Of a DNA stretch of 64,000 bases, positions 9,636 through 20,483 are shown piece by piece (within the stretch, counting starts at the first letter, position 1; every line of letters starts with the position of its first letter). The stretch is from Candidatus Rifleibacteriota bacterium. Lineage in GTDB: Bacteria > Muiribacteriota > Ozemobacteria > Ozemobacterales > Ozemobacteraceae. Position numbers and translations under genes: made by a program. Location: NCBI GenBank assembly GCA_015233155.1, contig JADFYG010000002.1:110734-174733 (forward strand), in the 5' to 3' direction. The notes under the pieces were generated by a model. That model searched no databases. It had not been told where the DNA came from and saw nothing but the letters and a program-made list of their open reading frames with translations.

Positions 9636-11363
9636 TCACGATGCAGTAGCAGTCTTATGCATAAGATGCGAGGAGAAACAATCCAAAACCCGGTCGATTT
9701 CCTCCCGTGGTAAACGCCCTGTCTGGCGCTCCTGTAAAAGCGGAATCAGCGATCTCACATCAGCAATTTTCCCAAGTGCGTCAATGGCGTTTCGATAGAC
9801 GACATCTTCCTTGTCAGCCAGCAATTCAAGCAATACCGTAACCGATTCGCGATCACCAATCTCACCTAATGCAAAGGCCGCCGAAGCGCGCACCCACTTT
9901 AGCGATTCGCCGGTCATCGCTCCAAGTGTGGTCACCACACTGCGATCACCCAGTCGCCACATGGCAATCGCGGCATTCACGCGAACACGATCGTTGGCAT
10001 CGCGAAGATGAGCCTCAAGAGTCTTCTTAACCCCGGAACCGCCGAGTCGGGCGACACCCTCTATAGCATTGGCACGCACGCGTGCATCCTGATGATCAAC
10101 GAAACGAGTGAAAAGATGTGCCGATTCGCCAGTGCTCAGGCGGGCAATTGCGGAAAGCAATGTAGCCAGAACCCACACATCCTTTTCATTGGCCAGTAAC
10201 TCTATCAGCTTCGCCACATACGATTTTGCGCCCATACGCGCCAACGCTTCAATCGCATTCAGTCGAAGCCAGCGCTCTCTGGCGACACAAAATTCTTCCA
10301 GAACAGGAAGGACAACATCAGTCCCTATTTCTCCGAGAATAAGAAGCATTTGTTCTTTTACAATCAGAGAAAGTTTCGGTAATTCGCTGATGATACGATC
10401 AAGAATCACCGGCCCCATGTCGACAATAGCACGACGTCCCAACCGTTTATGTTTTTCCTGCGGCAAATTGAGGAGTTTTACGAATTCCGGATACAGGTGC
10501 AACGCTTTCTCCCGGGCAGCGAGTTCTAAAAGCTGAATACGCACCCCTTCCTCGCGCTCCTTCGACAATAGATCCATGAAAAGATTGCACCGCTCGGCAA
10601 CATTAAAGAGACTAAGACCCTCCAGAGAAAGCGCGCGAATCTGCGGATGAGCATCACGCAAAAAAAGTTCATACAAATCCCGATCCTGGATCATAGGCAA
10701 GCGGTTCAGACCGGTGAGGATGGCGAGACGAATAGGATGTGCCGGCGATTTAGCCAAACGCTTGAGCTGGGAATGCGCCCCCTCGTCTCCAAGACGCGAC
10801 AAAGCCAAATTGGCCGCCATCGCCACTTCCCATTGTCCGTTTCCAGATAGCATCTTTAGGACCGTGTGCCGGTCGGAGGCGGGAAATCTGACAAAATAGC
10901 CTATTGCTTCGACAAGCAGACCCCCATCCTGGGTCTGACCAAGAACCTCATTCATCGCGGCAACCACGCGAGCCTCTTTTACTCCCGCAATTAAGGCCAG
11001 CAAACGACGACGAAGCGCGGGAGGTCGATCAGAACCGGATACCTTTATAATTGGTTCCAATAAGGCTTTAGCATCGAATCTCTGCAGAGCCTGAAGGGCC
11101 CTCTCGACATATTGCGGGTCTTCACCAAGGACAAATGATAGAAGATGTTTGACTGAGCGAGGGTTTCCGATACTACCCATCGCATCTATGACTGCGTTGA
11201 CCACATCGCCATCAGGCGATGACAGCAAATCGACAAGTAGCTCTGCGTGTTCATGTACACGCAAAATTCCCATCGCTGCGATCGAAAGAAGCTTCTCTTC
11301 GCGATCGCGACTGAAGAGTCCTTTTTCAATCCGGGCGAACCGGTTGATCTCGGCATTGCTCAT
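9636..11363 (-). CDS. HEAT/PBS-lyase repeat protein
   Basis: Repeated VRANAIEGVA, VRVNAAIAMWRLG and VRASAAFALGEIG units. Confidence 0.85.
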   Translation of the reverse strand: MSNAEINRFARIEKGLFSRDREEKLLSIAAMGILRVHEHAELLVDLLSSPDGDVVNAVIDAMGSIGNPRSVKHLLSFVLGEDPQYVERALQALQRFDAKALLEPIIKVSGSDRPPALRRRLLALIAGVKEARVVAAMNEVLGQTQDGGLLVEAIGYFVRFPASDRHTVLKMLSGNGQWEVAMAANLALSRLGDEGAHSQLKRLAKSPAHPIRLAILTGLNRLPMIQDRDLYELFLRDAHPQIRALSLEGLSLFNVAERCNLFMDLLSKEREEGVRIQLLELAAREKALHLYPEFVKLLNLPQEKHKRLGRRAIVDMGPVILDRIISELPKLSLIVKEQMLLILGEIGTDVVLPVLEEFCVARERWLRLNAIEALARMGAKSYVAKLIELLANEKDVWVLATLLSAIARLSTGESAHLFTRFVDHQDARVRANAIEGVARLGGSGVKKTLEAHLRDANDRVRVNAAIAMWRLGDRSVVTTLGAMTGESLKWVRASAAFALGEIGDRESVTVLLELLADKEDVVYRNAIDALGKIADVRSLIPLLQERQTGRLPREEIDRVLDCFSSHLMHKTATAS

Positions 11364-11391
11364 GCTGCCTCATTCTCCTACGGCTGATTTG

Positions 11392-12657
11392 TCAATGGTT
11401 TTCTTCTTCGAGACGGTCGATACGAGCGCCGAGCAAGCGCAATCGCCCAACCAGGTTTTCATAACCCCTGTCTATGTGATGAATGTTTCCAACTTCGGTT
11501 TTTCCTTCGGCACAGAGCCCGGCGAGCACCATGGCCGCACCCGCACGTAAATCGGTGGCATTCACGGGAGCACCGATGAATTTTTCCACGCCCGTAACCA
11601 CAACCGTTCGATCGCGAATACTGAGGTTCGCTCCCATGCGAACCAGTTCAGCCACATGCATAAAACGATTTTCAAAAACCGTCTCGGTTATAACCGAAGT
11701 GCCACCAGCAAGACACATTGCTACCATTAATTGCGCCTGCATGTCCGTTGGGAAGCCGGGAAATGGAAGCGTCTTTATTTCCACGGGTTTCAGGCGCTCC
11801 GGGCCGCGCACGATCGCTCGTGATTCTTCACACTGAACATCGGCTCCCATTTCCTGAAGTTTAGCAACGACAGCCTGTAAATGTGCCGGGATACAATTAT
11901 CAACTATGATCGGTCCCTTGAACAGTGCTCCGAGGACCATAAACGTGCCGGCTTCTATGCGATCCGGTATTATGCTGTATTTTGCCGAATGAAGTTTCTG
12001 AACACCATTGATCGTAATCGTTGGAGTTCCCATGCCTGAAACGCTCGCGCCCATAGCGTTCAAAAAATTACCGAGGTCAGTTATCTCTGGTTCACAGGCT
12101 GCATTTTCGATTGTCGTCGTGCCTTCGGCGAGAACTGCCGCCATCATGAGATTTTCTGTAGCGCCGACTGAGGGGAAATCCAGCATGATTGGAGCACCGA
12201 TGAGACGGTCGGCCATTGCGACAGCACAACCAGCCTCAAGAGAAACACGCGCTCCAAGCGCCTCGAAACCCTTGAGATGAATGTTAACAGGCCTTACTCC
12301 GATGGCACATCCCCCGGGAAGAGGTATGCGGGCACGCTTCAGTCTGGCCAGCAACGGCCCCATGACAAAAAAACTGGCACGCATCGTCTTCACAAGATCA
12401 TATGGCGCTTCTTCGTTGCAGCCACCTGGCGAAGCCAGCTCCATGTCACCATTTTCAAGGCGACGACTCTTCACCCCAAGCGCTTCGAGCACCTTTTGCA
12501 TAGTGCCGACATCGTTGAGATACGGAATATTAGAAAGAATGATTGGACCTTCGCCGAGTATGCAGCCAGCCATGATAGGCAAAGCAGCATTTTTGGCTCC
12601 GCCGACGCAAACGGTACCAGCGAGAGAATTTCCGCCTTCAATCAGGATCCGTGACAT
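11392..12657 (-). CDS. murA: UDP-N-acetylglucosamine 1-carboxyvinyltransferase
   Basis: [18 protein letters not shown] (catalytic Cys), [16 protein letters not shown] and DLRAGA motifs. Confidence 0.97.
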   Translation of the reverse strand: MSRILIEGGNSLAGTVCVGGAKNAALPIMAGCILGEGPIILSNIPYLNDVGTMQKVLEALGVKSRRLENGDMELASPGGCNEEAPYDLVKTMRASFFVMGPLLARLKRARIPLPGGCAIGVRPVNIHLKGFEALGARVSLEAGCAVAMADRLIGAPIMLDFPSVGATENLMMAAVLAEGTTTIENAACEPEITDLGNFLNAMGASVSGMGTPTITINGVQKLHSAKYSIIPDRIEAGTFMVLGALFKGPIIVDNCIPAHLQAVVAKLQEMGADVQCEESRAIVRGPERLKPVEIKTLPFPGFPTDMQAQLMVAMCLAGGTSVITETVFENRFMHVAELVRMGANLSIRDRTVVVTGVEKFIGAPVNATDLRAGAAMVLAGLCAEGKTEVGNIHHIDRGYENLVGRLRLLGARIDRLEEENH

Positions 12658-13315
12658 GATCTTCCTCGAGTTGAATTCTTTCCATCTGAATTTTGCCTTC
12701 TTTTAGCATTTCCAGAGCAAGCGTGTCCGGGTAAGCACCCAGAAATACGACTTTCTCTATGCCCGCGTTTAACAACATCTTTGCGCAAGTAACACATGGT
12801 TGATGCGTACAGTATACGACGCCTCCCTTGAGAGAAACACCGAACGCGGCGGCCTGGAGAATCGCATTTTGCTCGGCATGCAAACCACGACATAATTCCT
12901 GACGCTCTCCTGACGGAATTCCCCGGGCTTCGCGTAAACAGCCGCCAGGTATCTCGAAGCAGTGACGCAACGTACTGGGAGCACCATTATATCCTGTAGC
13001 CAGAATGCGGTTCTCGCGTACAATGACAGCCCCGACGCGGCGACGCAGGCAGGTAGACCGGGTCGCGACGAGTCGGGCGATACGCATAAAATACGTTTCC
13101 CAGGACGGACGCTTGATCCCTGGGATTGGAATTCCGGGATCGGCGGTGGGCGGTATAGAAGTTACGGGCTGACGCGAAGACGCAACCGTCAGTCGTGCCG
13201 CCCGTCCCATGCGTAGGATAGGTTTGTTTTCCTCAACGATTTTTTTCACGGAAGCCTTGGACGCTTTTTTTGCGTGAGTGAGCTTCGCGGTCTTCACTGA
13301 TTTAGTCGCCTTCAC
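12638..13315 (-). CDS. dCMP deaminase family protein (ComEB-like)
   Basis: [31 protein letters not shown] and PCVTC motifs; basic N-terminal extension. Confidence 0.9.
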   Translation of the reverse strand: MKATKSVKTAKLTHAKKASKASVKKIVEENKPILRMGRAARLTVASSRQPVTSIPPTADPGIPIPGIKRPSWETYFMRIARLVATRSTCLRRRVGAVIVRENRILATGYNGAPSTLRHCFEIPGGCLREARGIPSGERQELCRGLHAEQNAILQAAAFGVSLKGGVVYCTHQPCVTCAKMLLNAGIEKVVFLGAYPDTLALEMLKEGKIQMERIQLEEDHVTDPD

Positions 13316-13397
13316 GACATTTCACCTTTCTGATTTCGAATGAATTTGAGCCCATTCGCGGTTCAATTTTTGCTTCGCAGCAGGCATTCCATCTGTT

Positions 13398-14030
13398 CTA
13401 TTTCGTACCATACAGCCGGTCTCCGGCATCGCCCAGCCCGGGCATAATGTATCCATGTTCGTTCAGCCGCTCGTCTATCACGCATGTGAAGATATCGACG
13501 TCGGGGTGTGCTTCCTGTAAATATTTCACACCCTCCGGGCATGAAACTATACATAGAAAGCAAATACGCCTTGCACCGATTTCTTTCACTATTTTTATGG
13601 CTTCGGAAACCGAGCCTCCGGTGGCAAGCATCGGATCAAGAATGAATACATCCATGTTTTCGATATGATGTGGAAGCTTGCAATAATATTTTACCGGCTG
13701 GAGTGTCTCGTGATCACGATATAGCCCGATATGCCCGACTTTTGCCATAGGCATGAATTTGAGCAATCCCTCGACCATGCCCAAGCCGGCACGCAGAATT
13801 GGCACGAGCGCAATCAGCTGACTGGAGATCATGTATCCGGTAGTCTTGGTCAACGGCGTTTCACAATATGTTTCCTCTACAGGAATGCTTCGCGTGGCCT
13901 CATAGGCCAAAAACATGGACAATTCCTGCATCAGTTCCCGAAACATGTGGACATCGGTAAATTTTGAACGCAAGAAGGTGATCTTATGCTTGACCAGCGG
14001 ATGATCGATAACGGTAACGCTGCTCATCAA
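13398..14030 (-). CDS. upp: Uracil phosphoribosyltransferase
   Basis: VPILRAGLGM, DPMLATGGS and YIMPGLGDAGDRLYGTK motifs. Confidence 0.97.
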   Translation of the reverse strand: MMSSVTVIDHPLVKHKITFLRSKFTDVHMFRELMQELSMFLAYEATRSIPVEETYCETPLTKTTGYMISSQLIALVPILRAGLGMVEGLLKFMPMAKVGHIGLYRDHETLQPVKYYCKLPHHIENMDVFILDPMLATGGSVSEAIKIVKEIGARRICFLCIVSCPEGVKYLQEAHPDVDIFTCVIDERLNEHGYIMPGLGDAGDRLYGTK

Positions 14031-14036
14031 AGCCTC

Positions 14037-14537
14037 CTAAGGAATTTTTACGATTGGATCGATCGGGGAATGAGTCATCACATGTGTGAAGTCATGCGAA
14101 AGCCCCACATCTGATTCAATCTTTTTGACCCTGTTCGCATGACGACCGCCCATAAATGCTGTAGAGAGAAAGGTTTCCAGAGTATCTATCGCGGCTTCCT
14201 CGCCAAGAATGCGTCCACCGAGTACAAGTATATTGGCATCGTTGTGCTGCCGCGAAAGTCGCGCTTCAAGAGCGGTATGACAGAGCGCGGCCCTTGCGCC
14301 AGGATGTCGGTTGGCCGCGATAGACATTCCAATTCCTGAACCACATATCAGGAGACCGAGCGTGCCGGTTTCGGCAATGATACGACGCGCAACAGCATGA
14401 GCGAAATCCGGATAATCACAAGAATCTGTGCGATCGGTTCCGAGGTCGAGCGTCTCATGCCCCAACTCTTTTATACGCCCCAATAAACGCTTTTTCAAAG
14501 CAAAACCCGCATGATCGGAGCCCGCGATAATCTTCAT
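14037..14537 (-). CDS. rpiB: Ribose-5-phosphate isomerase B
   Basis: SDHAG, DYPD, CGSGIGMSIAANR, HNDAN and GGRH.NRV motifs. Confidence 0.95.
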   Translation of the reverse strand: MKIIAGSDHAGFALKKRLLGRIKELGHETLDLGTDRTDSCDYPDFAHAVARRIIAETGTLGLLICGSGIGMSIAANRHPGARAALCHTALEARLSRQHNDANILVLGGRILGEEAAIDTLETFLSTAFMGGRHANRVKKIESDVGLSHDFTHVMTHSPIDPIVKIP

Positions 14538-14917
14538 GCGTTAACCTGCCCCCAATTTTCCCCGAGATGGCTTATATTATCACGAAGACATTCGAAGAGG
14601 AAACAACGGAACCCAAGTAATCGGAGATTGGCTAATTCCTTACTTTGCGAAACTGCCTCTGATGACTCTTTTTTATCGTTCCGGGTGAAATCAAAATATG
14701 GGTATAATATCAATCCCAAAATGTTTGTGCGCACTCCACTGGCGATCCACCGTATCGTCCCTGGGCACCACTTACACACGAATTTTCTGGGATTGGTATA
14801 ATAACTACAAATACCTATGCGTGTGTTGCCGCCAGTCTCGGCATCAGGTATCCTTGTTTCGCGACTTTCTGCTTATTAATGGTCATTGATCACAGCAAAG
14901 AGGTGAATTACATCAAC

Positions 14918-16351
14918 ATGTTCAAATCCGTAAAAGAAGTGATAGGGTTCATCAAGAAAAACGAGATCATTGCTGTCGATCTCAAATGCTGTGATCTCTT
15001 CGGACGCTGGCGACATCTCACCATACCTGCAAGATGCGTCGACGAGTCGGTCCTGAATGAAGGCTTTGGCTTCGATGGCTCCAGCTATGGTTTTAAAAAG
15101 ATCGATAAATCGGACATGATTATTTTGCCGGATATCACCACGGGCTTTATCGATCCATTCTGTGAACATCCAACGCTTTCTTTCATCTGCAACATCCATT
15201 CCACTGATTTAGACGAGCCACGCTTTGAACAGGATCCGCGCTATGTGTGCGACAAGGCTGAAGATTATCTGAAAAAGCTTGGAATAGGCGAAACCATGCT
15301 GCTTGGGCCGGAATACGAATTTTATCTTTTTGATAACGTGTCGTTCGAAGATCGCATGGAAAAAAGCGGTTTTTCCATCAATTCCCACGCCGCTAACTGG
15401 AATACCGGAAACATGGAACAGAATAATTGTGGCTATCAGATGCCACTCAAAGGCGGATATCACGGGGGCCGCCCGGAGGACCGCCATGCCGACTACCGGA
15501 CTCGCCTGACCGAGATTTTGTTCAAAATGGGCATCGGAGTCAAATATCATCATCATGAAGTCGGCGGACCAGGGCAACTGGAAATCGAGACTGAATTCGA
15601 CACTCCTCGCCGCATGGCCGATAAGACCTTGGCAATAAAATATGCAACGAAGAATCTAGCTATTCGCGACGGACTGACAGCGACATTCATGCCCAAACCC
15701 ATGTTCGGCGCCCCCGGGAGTGGCTTTCACGTGCATTTCAAGCTCCTGGATAAAAAGCGAAATGCATTTGCCGATCCGACTGGGTATGCCGGGATGAGCA
15801 AGACGGCTATTCACTTTATAACGGGGATGCTGGTTCATGCGCGTGCCCTGTCCGCATTCGCAAACCCTTCGACGAACTCTTACAAACGCCTGGTGCCTGG
15901 ATACGAAGCTCCCGTCTCGATAGTTTTTGCCGAATCGAACCGCTCGGCAGCAATTCGCATTCCCGGCTATGTTAAAAATGCCGAAGACAAACGTTTCGAA
16001 TATCGCGCAGGCGATGCGACCGCCAACCCATACCTGATGTTTGCATCCATGATAATGGCAGGAATCGATGGGGTAAAACGCGAGCTTGATCCGAAACAAG
16101 AGCGTGTGGGCCCTATCGATGGCAATTTATACGAACTGCCGGAGAGCGAGCGAAAAAAGATCGGTATACTGCCGACATCACTGTTTGAAGCGTTGGATGC
16201 GCTTCATGCCGATCACCAGTTCCTGCTTGAGGGTGGCGTTTTCACTAAACATCTGATCGAAACCTGGATCCATCGCAAACGCGAAGAAGAAGGATTGCCT
16301 GTACATTTGCGCCCGCATCAATATGAATTTATACTATCTTATAACTGTTGA
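14918..16351 (+). CDS. glnA: Glutamine synthetase type I
   Basis: FDGSS, GPEYEF, HHHEV, TFMPKP.FG..GSG.HVH, NSYKRLVPGYEAP and NRSAAIRIP motifs; GAGGTG upstream of the ATG at 14918. Confidence 0.96.
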   Translation: MFKSVKEVIGFIKKNEIIAVDLKCCDLFGRWRHLTIPARCVDESVLNEGFGFDGSSYGFKKIDKSDMIILPDITTGFIDPFCEHPTLSFICNIHSTDLDEPRFEQDPRYVCDKAEDYLKKLGIGETMLLGPEYEFYLFDNVSFEDRMEKSGFSINSHAANWNTGNMEQNNCGYQMPLKGGYHGGRPEDRHADYRTRLTEILFKMGIGVKYHHHEVGGPGQLEIETEFDTPRRMADKTLAIKYATKNLAIRDGLTATFMPKPMFGAPGSGFHVHFKLLDKKRNAFADPTGYAGMSKTAIHFITGMLVHARALSAFANPSTNSYKRLVPGYEAPVSIVFAESNRSAAIRIPGYVKNAEDKRFEYRAGDATANPYLMFASMIMAGIDGVKRELDPKQERVGPIDGNLYELPESERKKIGILPTSLFEALDALHADHQFLLEGGVFTKHLIETWIHRKREEEGLPVHLRPHQYEFILSYNC

Positions 16352-16411
16352 GGACGATGCGATGTATAATCGGCGGATGAAAGTCATGCAATGTCTTAGA
16401 GTCTTCCTGCT

Positions 16412-17542
16412 ATGATAGTCGGCGACGTAATAGTTCGCGGAGCTGGTGGTGGTAAGCCGATTAAGGAATGGCGGGAAAATGGTCTTGTTACAGCAGCCAC
16501 GGGCTGGGGTGAAATCGGATCCGCAAGAATTGCCGATGTTTTTGTCACTCACGATTCGAATGGCTCCATTCTCTCGATGAAAACCTCGAGAGGTCACACT
16601 CTCCGTTGTAGTCCTGAGCAGCTTTGTTTTTGTAAATTCGATCCCATGAGCCGGCTGTATTATCTGTACTTGATGGAACGCTCTACTATGGGGTTTCGCG
16701 TAGGAATGAGCCAGGATTTGTTGCGCGATGTTTTTGCGCTGCAAAGCACGAAACTCGTTGAAAATGATGCTTCTGAGATAGTTGATCGAATCTGGATCAT
16801 AGAAGGAACCGAAAGTCTCCCGAAAGCTGTTTTCCTGGCGCGTTATGCGTCATGCAAATATGGGTTGCCCGATGTCCCGTTCACAGGGCAGCATGCGACA
16901 GCCGAATTACCGGACGAACTTTTGCGCGAATTATTCAACCGCATTGACACCCCGTCACGTGCGCATCAGTTGCTGCTGGACTCGCTGATGTTTGAAGAAT
17001 ATCCACATATTACCGTAAAACTGAATAAAAATGCGCCCACGGCAAGCAATGCTGTTCAATTCATTGTTTTCGGTGCAGCCGAAAAAGCTGGTAATTGTCC
17101 GGGTTATGCTCATCTGATACGAATCGACTCAGCCATCGAACTGAATCGTGGTGAGCATAAAGCCTTCAAGCGACGGATGAACAATCGCGGTCTATGGCAT
17201 CTGGAAGTCGCACGCGAAGAATTTGAAGAAGCACAACTTTTTGTCAAGACCCTCGCAGCCCTGGATAATCTCGAAATCATTAAAAAAATTCAGTTAACCA
17301 AGAAAGCTCCCTTCTACATTCTCCCCGCGTCTCACGTGAAGCTTGGCATGACCGTGTCTGTCGCTGGCGGACGCAGCATAGAGGAGGACACAGTGACAAG
17401 TATCACCGTTGAATCCTGGGATAATCCTCTATACGATCTTAAGACTGAGGGAATACATAATTACATCGCTGGCGACTGGGTCGTTATGTCCTACTCCGGG
17501 CAGATCTCAACTGCTCCATCACTAAAGCGGGATGTCGTGTGA
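16412..17542 (+). CDS. Stand-alone intein-like (Hint domain) protein lacking the splicing residues
   Basis: Hint-N-like start (IVGDVIV..GGGKPIKEW..G.V; KTSRGHTLRCSPEQ), Hint-C-like end (LPASHVKLGM...LYDLKTEGIHNYIAGDWVVMS); no Cys1, no block-B TxxH, no terminal HN; GTGA overlap with pcrA. Confidence 0.75.
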   Translation: MIVGDVIVRGAGGGKPIKEWRENGLVTAATGWGEIGSARIADVFVTHDSNGSILSMKTSRGHTLRCSPEQLCFCKFDPMSRLYYLYLMERSTMGFRVGMSQDLLRDVFALQSTKLVENDASEIVDRIWIIEGTESLPKAVFLARYASCKYGLPDVPFTGQHATAELPDELLRELFNRIDTPSRAHQLLLDSLMFEEYPHITVKLNKNAPTASNAVQFIVFGAAEKAGNCPGYAHLIRIDSAIELNRGEHKAFKRRMNNRGLWHLEVAREEFEEAQLFVKTLAALDNLEIIKKIQLTKKAPFYILPASHVKLGMTVSVAGGRSIEEDTVTSITVESWDNPLYDLKTEGIHNYIAGDWVVMSYSGQISTAPSLKRDVV

Positions 17543-19842
17543 TTGCGTCCGCCCCCCGATCTTCCGTCGTTCAGGCTGTTGCAACACTTAACCCGCGTCA
17601 GCGAGAAGCCGTCGAAATCCTTTCCGGGCCATTGCTTATCGTCGCAGGCGCCGGTTCGGGGAAAACCAAGACACTGACTATTCGGGTCGCGCATCTCATC
17701 GAGCAGGGAGCATCGGCGAACTCTATTCTTGGCGTGACATTTACCAATAAAGCTGCTCGCGAGATGCGTGAGCGTGTAGAAATGCTGATGCCAGGCGTCG
17801 GTTCAGCGATAACTTTGACGACATTTCATTCTTTCTGTGCCATGACATTGCGTAGATGGTGCAATCACCTCGGATACCCTCATGAATTCACCATCTACGA
17901 TGCTGATGATCAAGAACGTCTTATGAAACAGGTCATAGCGGAGCTGGATATCGATGGAAAGAAATTCTCCCCATCATTTCTTCTCAACTGCATTTCGATT
18001 GCAAAAAATGATTTGATTTCACCGACTGATTACCAACCGCCCGGCAAGGAAAAGGAGCTGATCAAATCAGTCTACGAAACATATCAGAAAAATATTTTCG
18101 CGGCTGGTGCAATGGATTTCGATGATCTGCTTTTTATGACATGGCGTTTGCTTTCAGAAAATCTGGATTTGCTTGAAAATATGCAACGCCGTTACAAACA
18201 TTTTTTTGTTGACGAATATCAGGACACCAATTTTGCACAGTATAAACTGATCTCCCTGCTTTCGCGTCAAAGCGGGAACCTCTGCGTGGTCGGAGACGAA
18301 GACCAGTCAATTTATGGTTGGCGTGGAGCAAGCATTCGGAACATCATCGAGTTTGAAAAAGATTTTCCTGGCGCTCGTGTTGTCGTACTTGACCAGAATT
18401 ATAGATCCACTCAACGTATTCTCGATGCGGCAAGCAGCGTCATAGCAAAAAATTCCGGCCCCAGAAAAAAACAACTTTGGAGTGAAATGAAGGGTGGCGC
18501 CCCGATAACTTTTATCTATGCTGATGATGATCGTGGAGAAGCAGATAGGGTGTCGAACGAAATAGAACGTCTCCATGTCGACGAACAACTTCCCCTCGGC
18601 AGTATGGCCGTGTTGTTTCGCATGAACAGCCAATCCCGTGCAATAGAGCAAGCTTTAGTGCGAAAACAGATTCCATATGAAATGACTGGTGGCACAAAAT
18701 TTTTTGGGCGAAAAGAGGTAAAAGATGTGCTCGCCTACCTGCGTGTCCTGGTAAATCCGCGCGATCACATCTCTCTGCGTCGCATTATCAATGTCCCGAC
18801 ACGTGGAATCGGCGATACTACGGTATCTCGTCTGACCGAAGAAGGCCCCCTCTGGGAAGCCTTGGCATCCCGCGCCACGGGACAAAAACCTGGAAAGCTG
18901 GCTCCATTCTATCGACTCATGCTTGATTTACGCGAACTTGCTGGAGAGGGTGGCATATTCGCCGTTGCCCAGTCCGTAATTGATCGCACTGAATATTTGC
19001 ACTTCCTGCGTCAGACAGACGAGGAAAAAGCGGAGGAACGTATATCCAACGTCGACAGTCTTCTCTCCGACATGAGGCTCCAGGAAGAAACAAATCCGGA
19101 GATTACACTTGCCGGTTATCTGGAGCAAGCCGCTCTCCACGCCGAAGCTGACGATCTCGATGAACGCGTTGAACGCGTACATCTGCTGACAATGCACAAC
19201 GCCAAAGGACTGGAATTCCCGAACGTGTTCATCATGGGCCTTGAAGAGGGAGTATTTCCTCATCACTCCTCGAAGGACGAGCCCGAAAAACTCGAAGAGG
19301 AGCGGCGTCTCGCATACGTTGGCATGACACGTGCTATGAAAAGGCTTTATCTATCGGCCGCACGTAGACGCATGATATTTGGTCAATGGGGATTTAATCC
19401 AATTTCCAGATTTATTCACGAGGTCCCACGAGATTTGTTCGACAGGGAAAAGCCTCCAATGCCGCTGTCCAACAATTTTAATCGAACAGCTCCTTCCTGC
19501 GGAGATTCGTCATCTCCTCGATCATTACAGGGATTTAACGGAAACGCCGTTGCCTTTTCGGCAAAATCAACAGAGTCATTAAAAGAGAAACCATACGCCG
19601 GTTTATTTTCGGGACCATCGAGACAATCGGTTACGGCTGAAGTGGTTCAAAATGGGATCCAGGGAACAATGGCAAATATTCATGTCGGCGTGAAGGTCTT
19701 TCACGTTATTTTTGGACCAGGCAGAGTGATAGCAGTGGATGGCGCATCACTGGCTGATTTTAGAGTCCATATCGAATTTTCTAAAGTCGGAAAGAAGACA
19801 TTACTCTTGCAGTATGCTCAGCTTCGGGTTATAAATATCTAA
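17539..19842 (+). CDS. pcrA: ATP-dependent DNA helicase PcrA/UvrD
   Basis: AGAGSGKT, TFTNKAA.EM, VDEYQDTN, VGDEDQSIYGWRGA, QNYRST, TMHNAKGLEF and EEERRLAYVGMTRA motifs; C-terminal Tudor-like domain. Confidence 0.95.
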   Translation: MIASAPRSSVVQAVATLNPRQREAVEILSGPLLIVAGAGSGKTKTLTIRVAHLIEQGASANSILGVTFTNKAAREMRERVEMLMPGVGSAITLTTFHSFCAMTLRRWCNHLGYPHEFTIYDADDQERLMKQVIAELDIDGKKFSPSFLLNCISIAKNDLISPTDYQPPGKEKELIKSVYETYQKNIFAAGAMDFDDLLFMTWRLLSENLDLLENMQRRYKHFFVDEYQDTNFAQYKLISLLSRQSGNLCVVGDEDQSIYGWRGASIRNIIEFEKDFPGARVVVLDQNYRSTQRILDAASSVIAKNSGPRKKQLWSEMKGGAPITFIYADDDRGEADRVSNEIERLHVDEQLPLGSMAVLFRMNSQSRAIEQALVRKQIPYEMTGGTKFFGRKEVKDVLAYLRVLVNPRDHISLRRIINVPTRGIGDTTVSRLTEEGPLWEALASRATGQKPGKLAPFYRLMLDLRELAGEGGIFAVAQSVIDRTEYLHFLRQTDEEKAEERISNVDSLLSDMRLQEETNPEITLAGYLEQAALHAEADDLDERVERVHLLTMHNAKGLEFPNVFIMGLEEGVFPHHSSKDEPEKLEEERRLAYVGMTRAMKRLYLSAARRRMIFGQWGFNPISRFIHEVPRDLFDREKPPMPLSNNFNRTAPSCGDSSSPRSLQGFNGNAVAFSAKSTESLKEKPYAGLFSGPSRQSVTAEVVQNGIQGTMANIHVGVKVFHVIFGPGRVIAVDGASLADFRVHIEFSKVGKKTLLLQYAQLRVINI

Positions 19843-19864
19843 ACTCACCAGGAGGTGTGAAACC

Positions 19865-20323
19865 ATGTTCAGGTTTTTGCGGTTCTTGTGGAAGATTTTC
19901 GTTCTTGCCAGCGCTTTTGGTATTGGATATATCATTGGTCGCGAACATAGCTTCGAGGAAGATGAAGAGTGGGAAAACGAAGAAGCTGAGAACGATAAGA
20001 AGGATGAGAAGAATAAAGAGGCTACCAGCCCCACCCCATCTGCGGCTTCTGTTGTAACTGGGGCAGAAAAGCCATTTACCTTCGAGTATACTGATCCTAA
20101 GGCCACCCACGTTGCTGTAGTGGGCGATTTTAATGACTGGAACAAAGACAAGAGCTCCATGACGTTGGAAAATGGCGTTTGGAAGCTGACTGTTAATCTC
20201 AAGCCCGGTCGGCATGAGTACAAGTTGGTAATCAATCACACCGACTGGATCACAGATCCGAAATGCAGTGAAACCGTTGCTGACAAGGTCGGCGGCCGAT
20301 CATCACTGGTCGAGATCCACTGA
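19865..20323 (+). CDS. Membrane-anchored CBM48/AMPK-beta-like glycogen-binding domain protein
   Basis: N-terminal TM segment, acidic linker, VAVVGDFNDW...LKPGRHEYKLVI..WITDP; AGGAGG RBS. Confidence 0.8.
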   Translation: MFRFLRFLWKIFVLASAFGIGYIIGREHSFEEDEEWENEEAENDKKDEKNKEATSPTPSAASVVTGAEKPFTFEYTDPKATHVAVVGDFNDWNKDKSSMTLENGVWKLTVNLKPGRHEYKLVINHTDWITDPKCSETVADKVGGRSSLVEIH

Positions 20324-20483
20324 TCTGAGGCGTGTGCCCGCCCCGGTGCTGAATTCGGGATGGCGGGTCGGTTAGCGTTTCCCCCGCCGCTGCGAGTGCA
20401 TGTCGTTCGCGGCGGGCGTGTCTTTCCTCTGGCCCCGGTTTTCGAGGCTATCGTTACCATCTTTTCAAAGACGATGAGGCATC

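Noticed and set aside
14540-14917. Glutamine riboswitch or sigma54 promoter upstream of glnA
   Set aside because: No convincing match to either consensus; only TATAAT boxes with weak -35 regions.
20324-20483. c-di-GMP riboswitch upstream of the HD-GYP gene
   Set aside because: The class I GGCAAAC/GCAAAGC elements are absent; only a generic GC stem is present.
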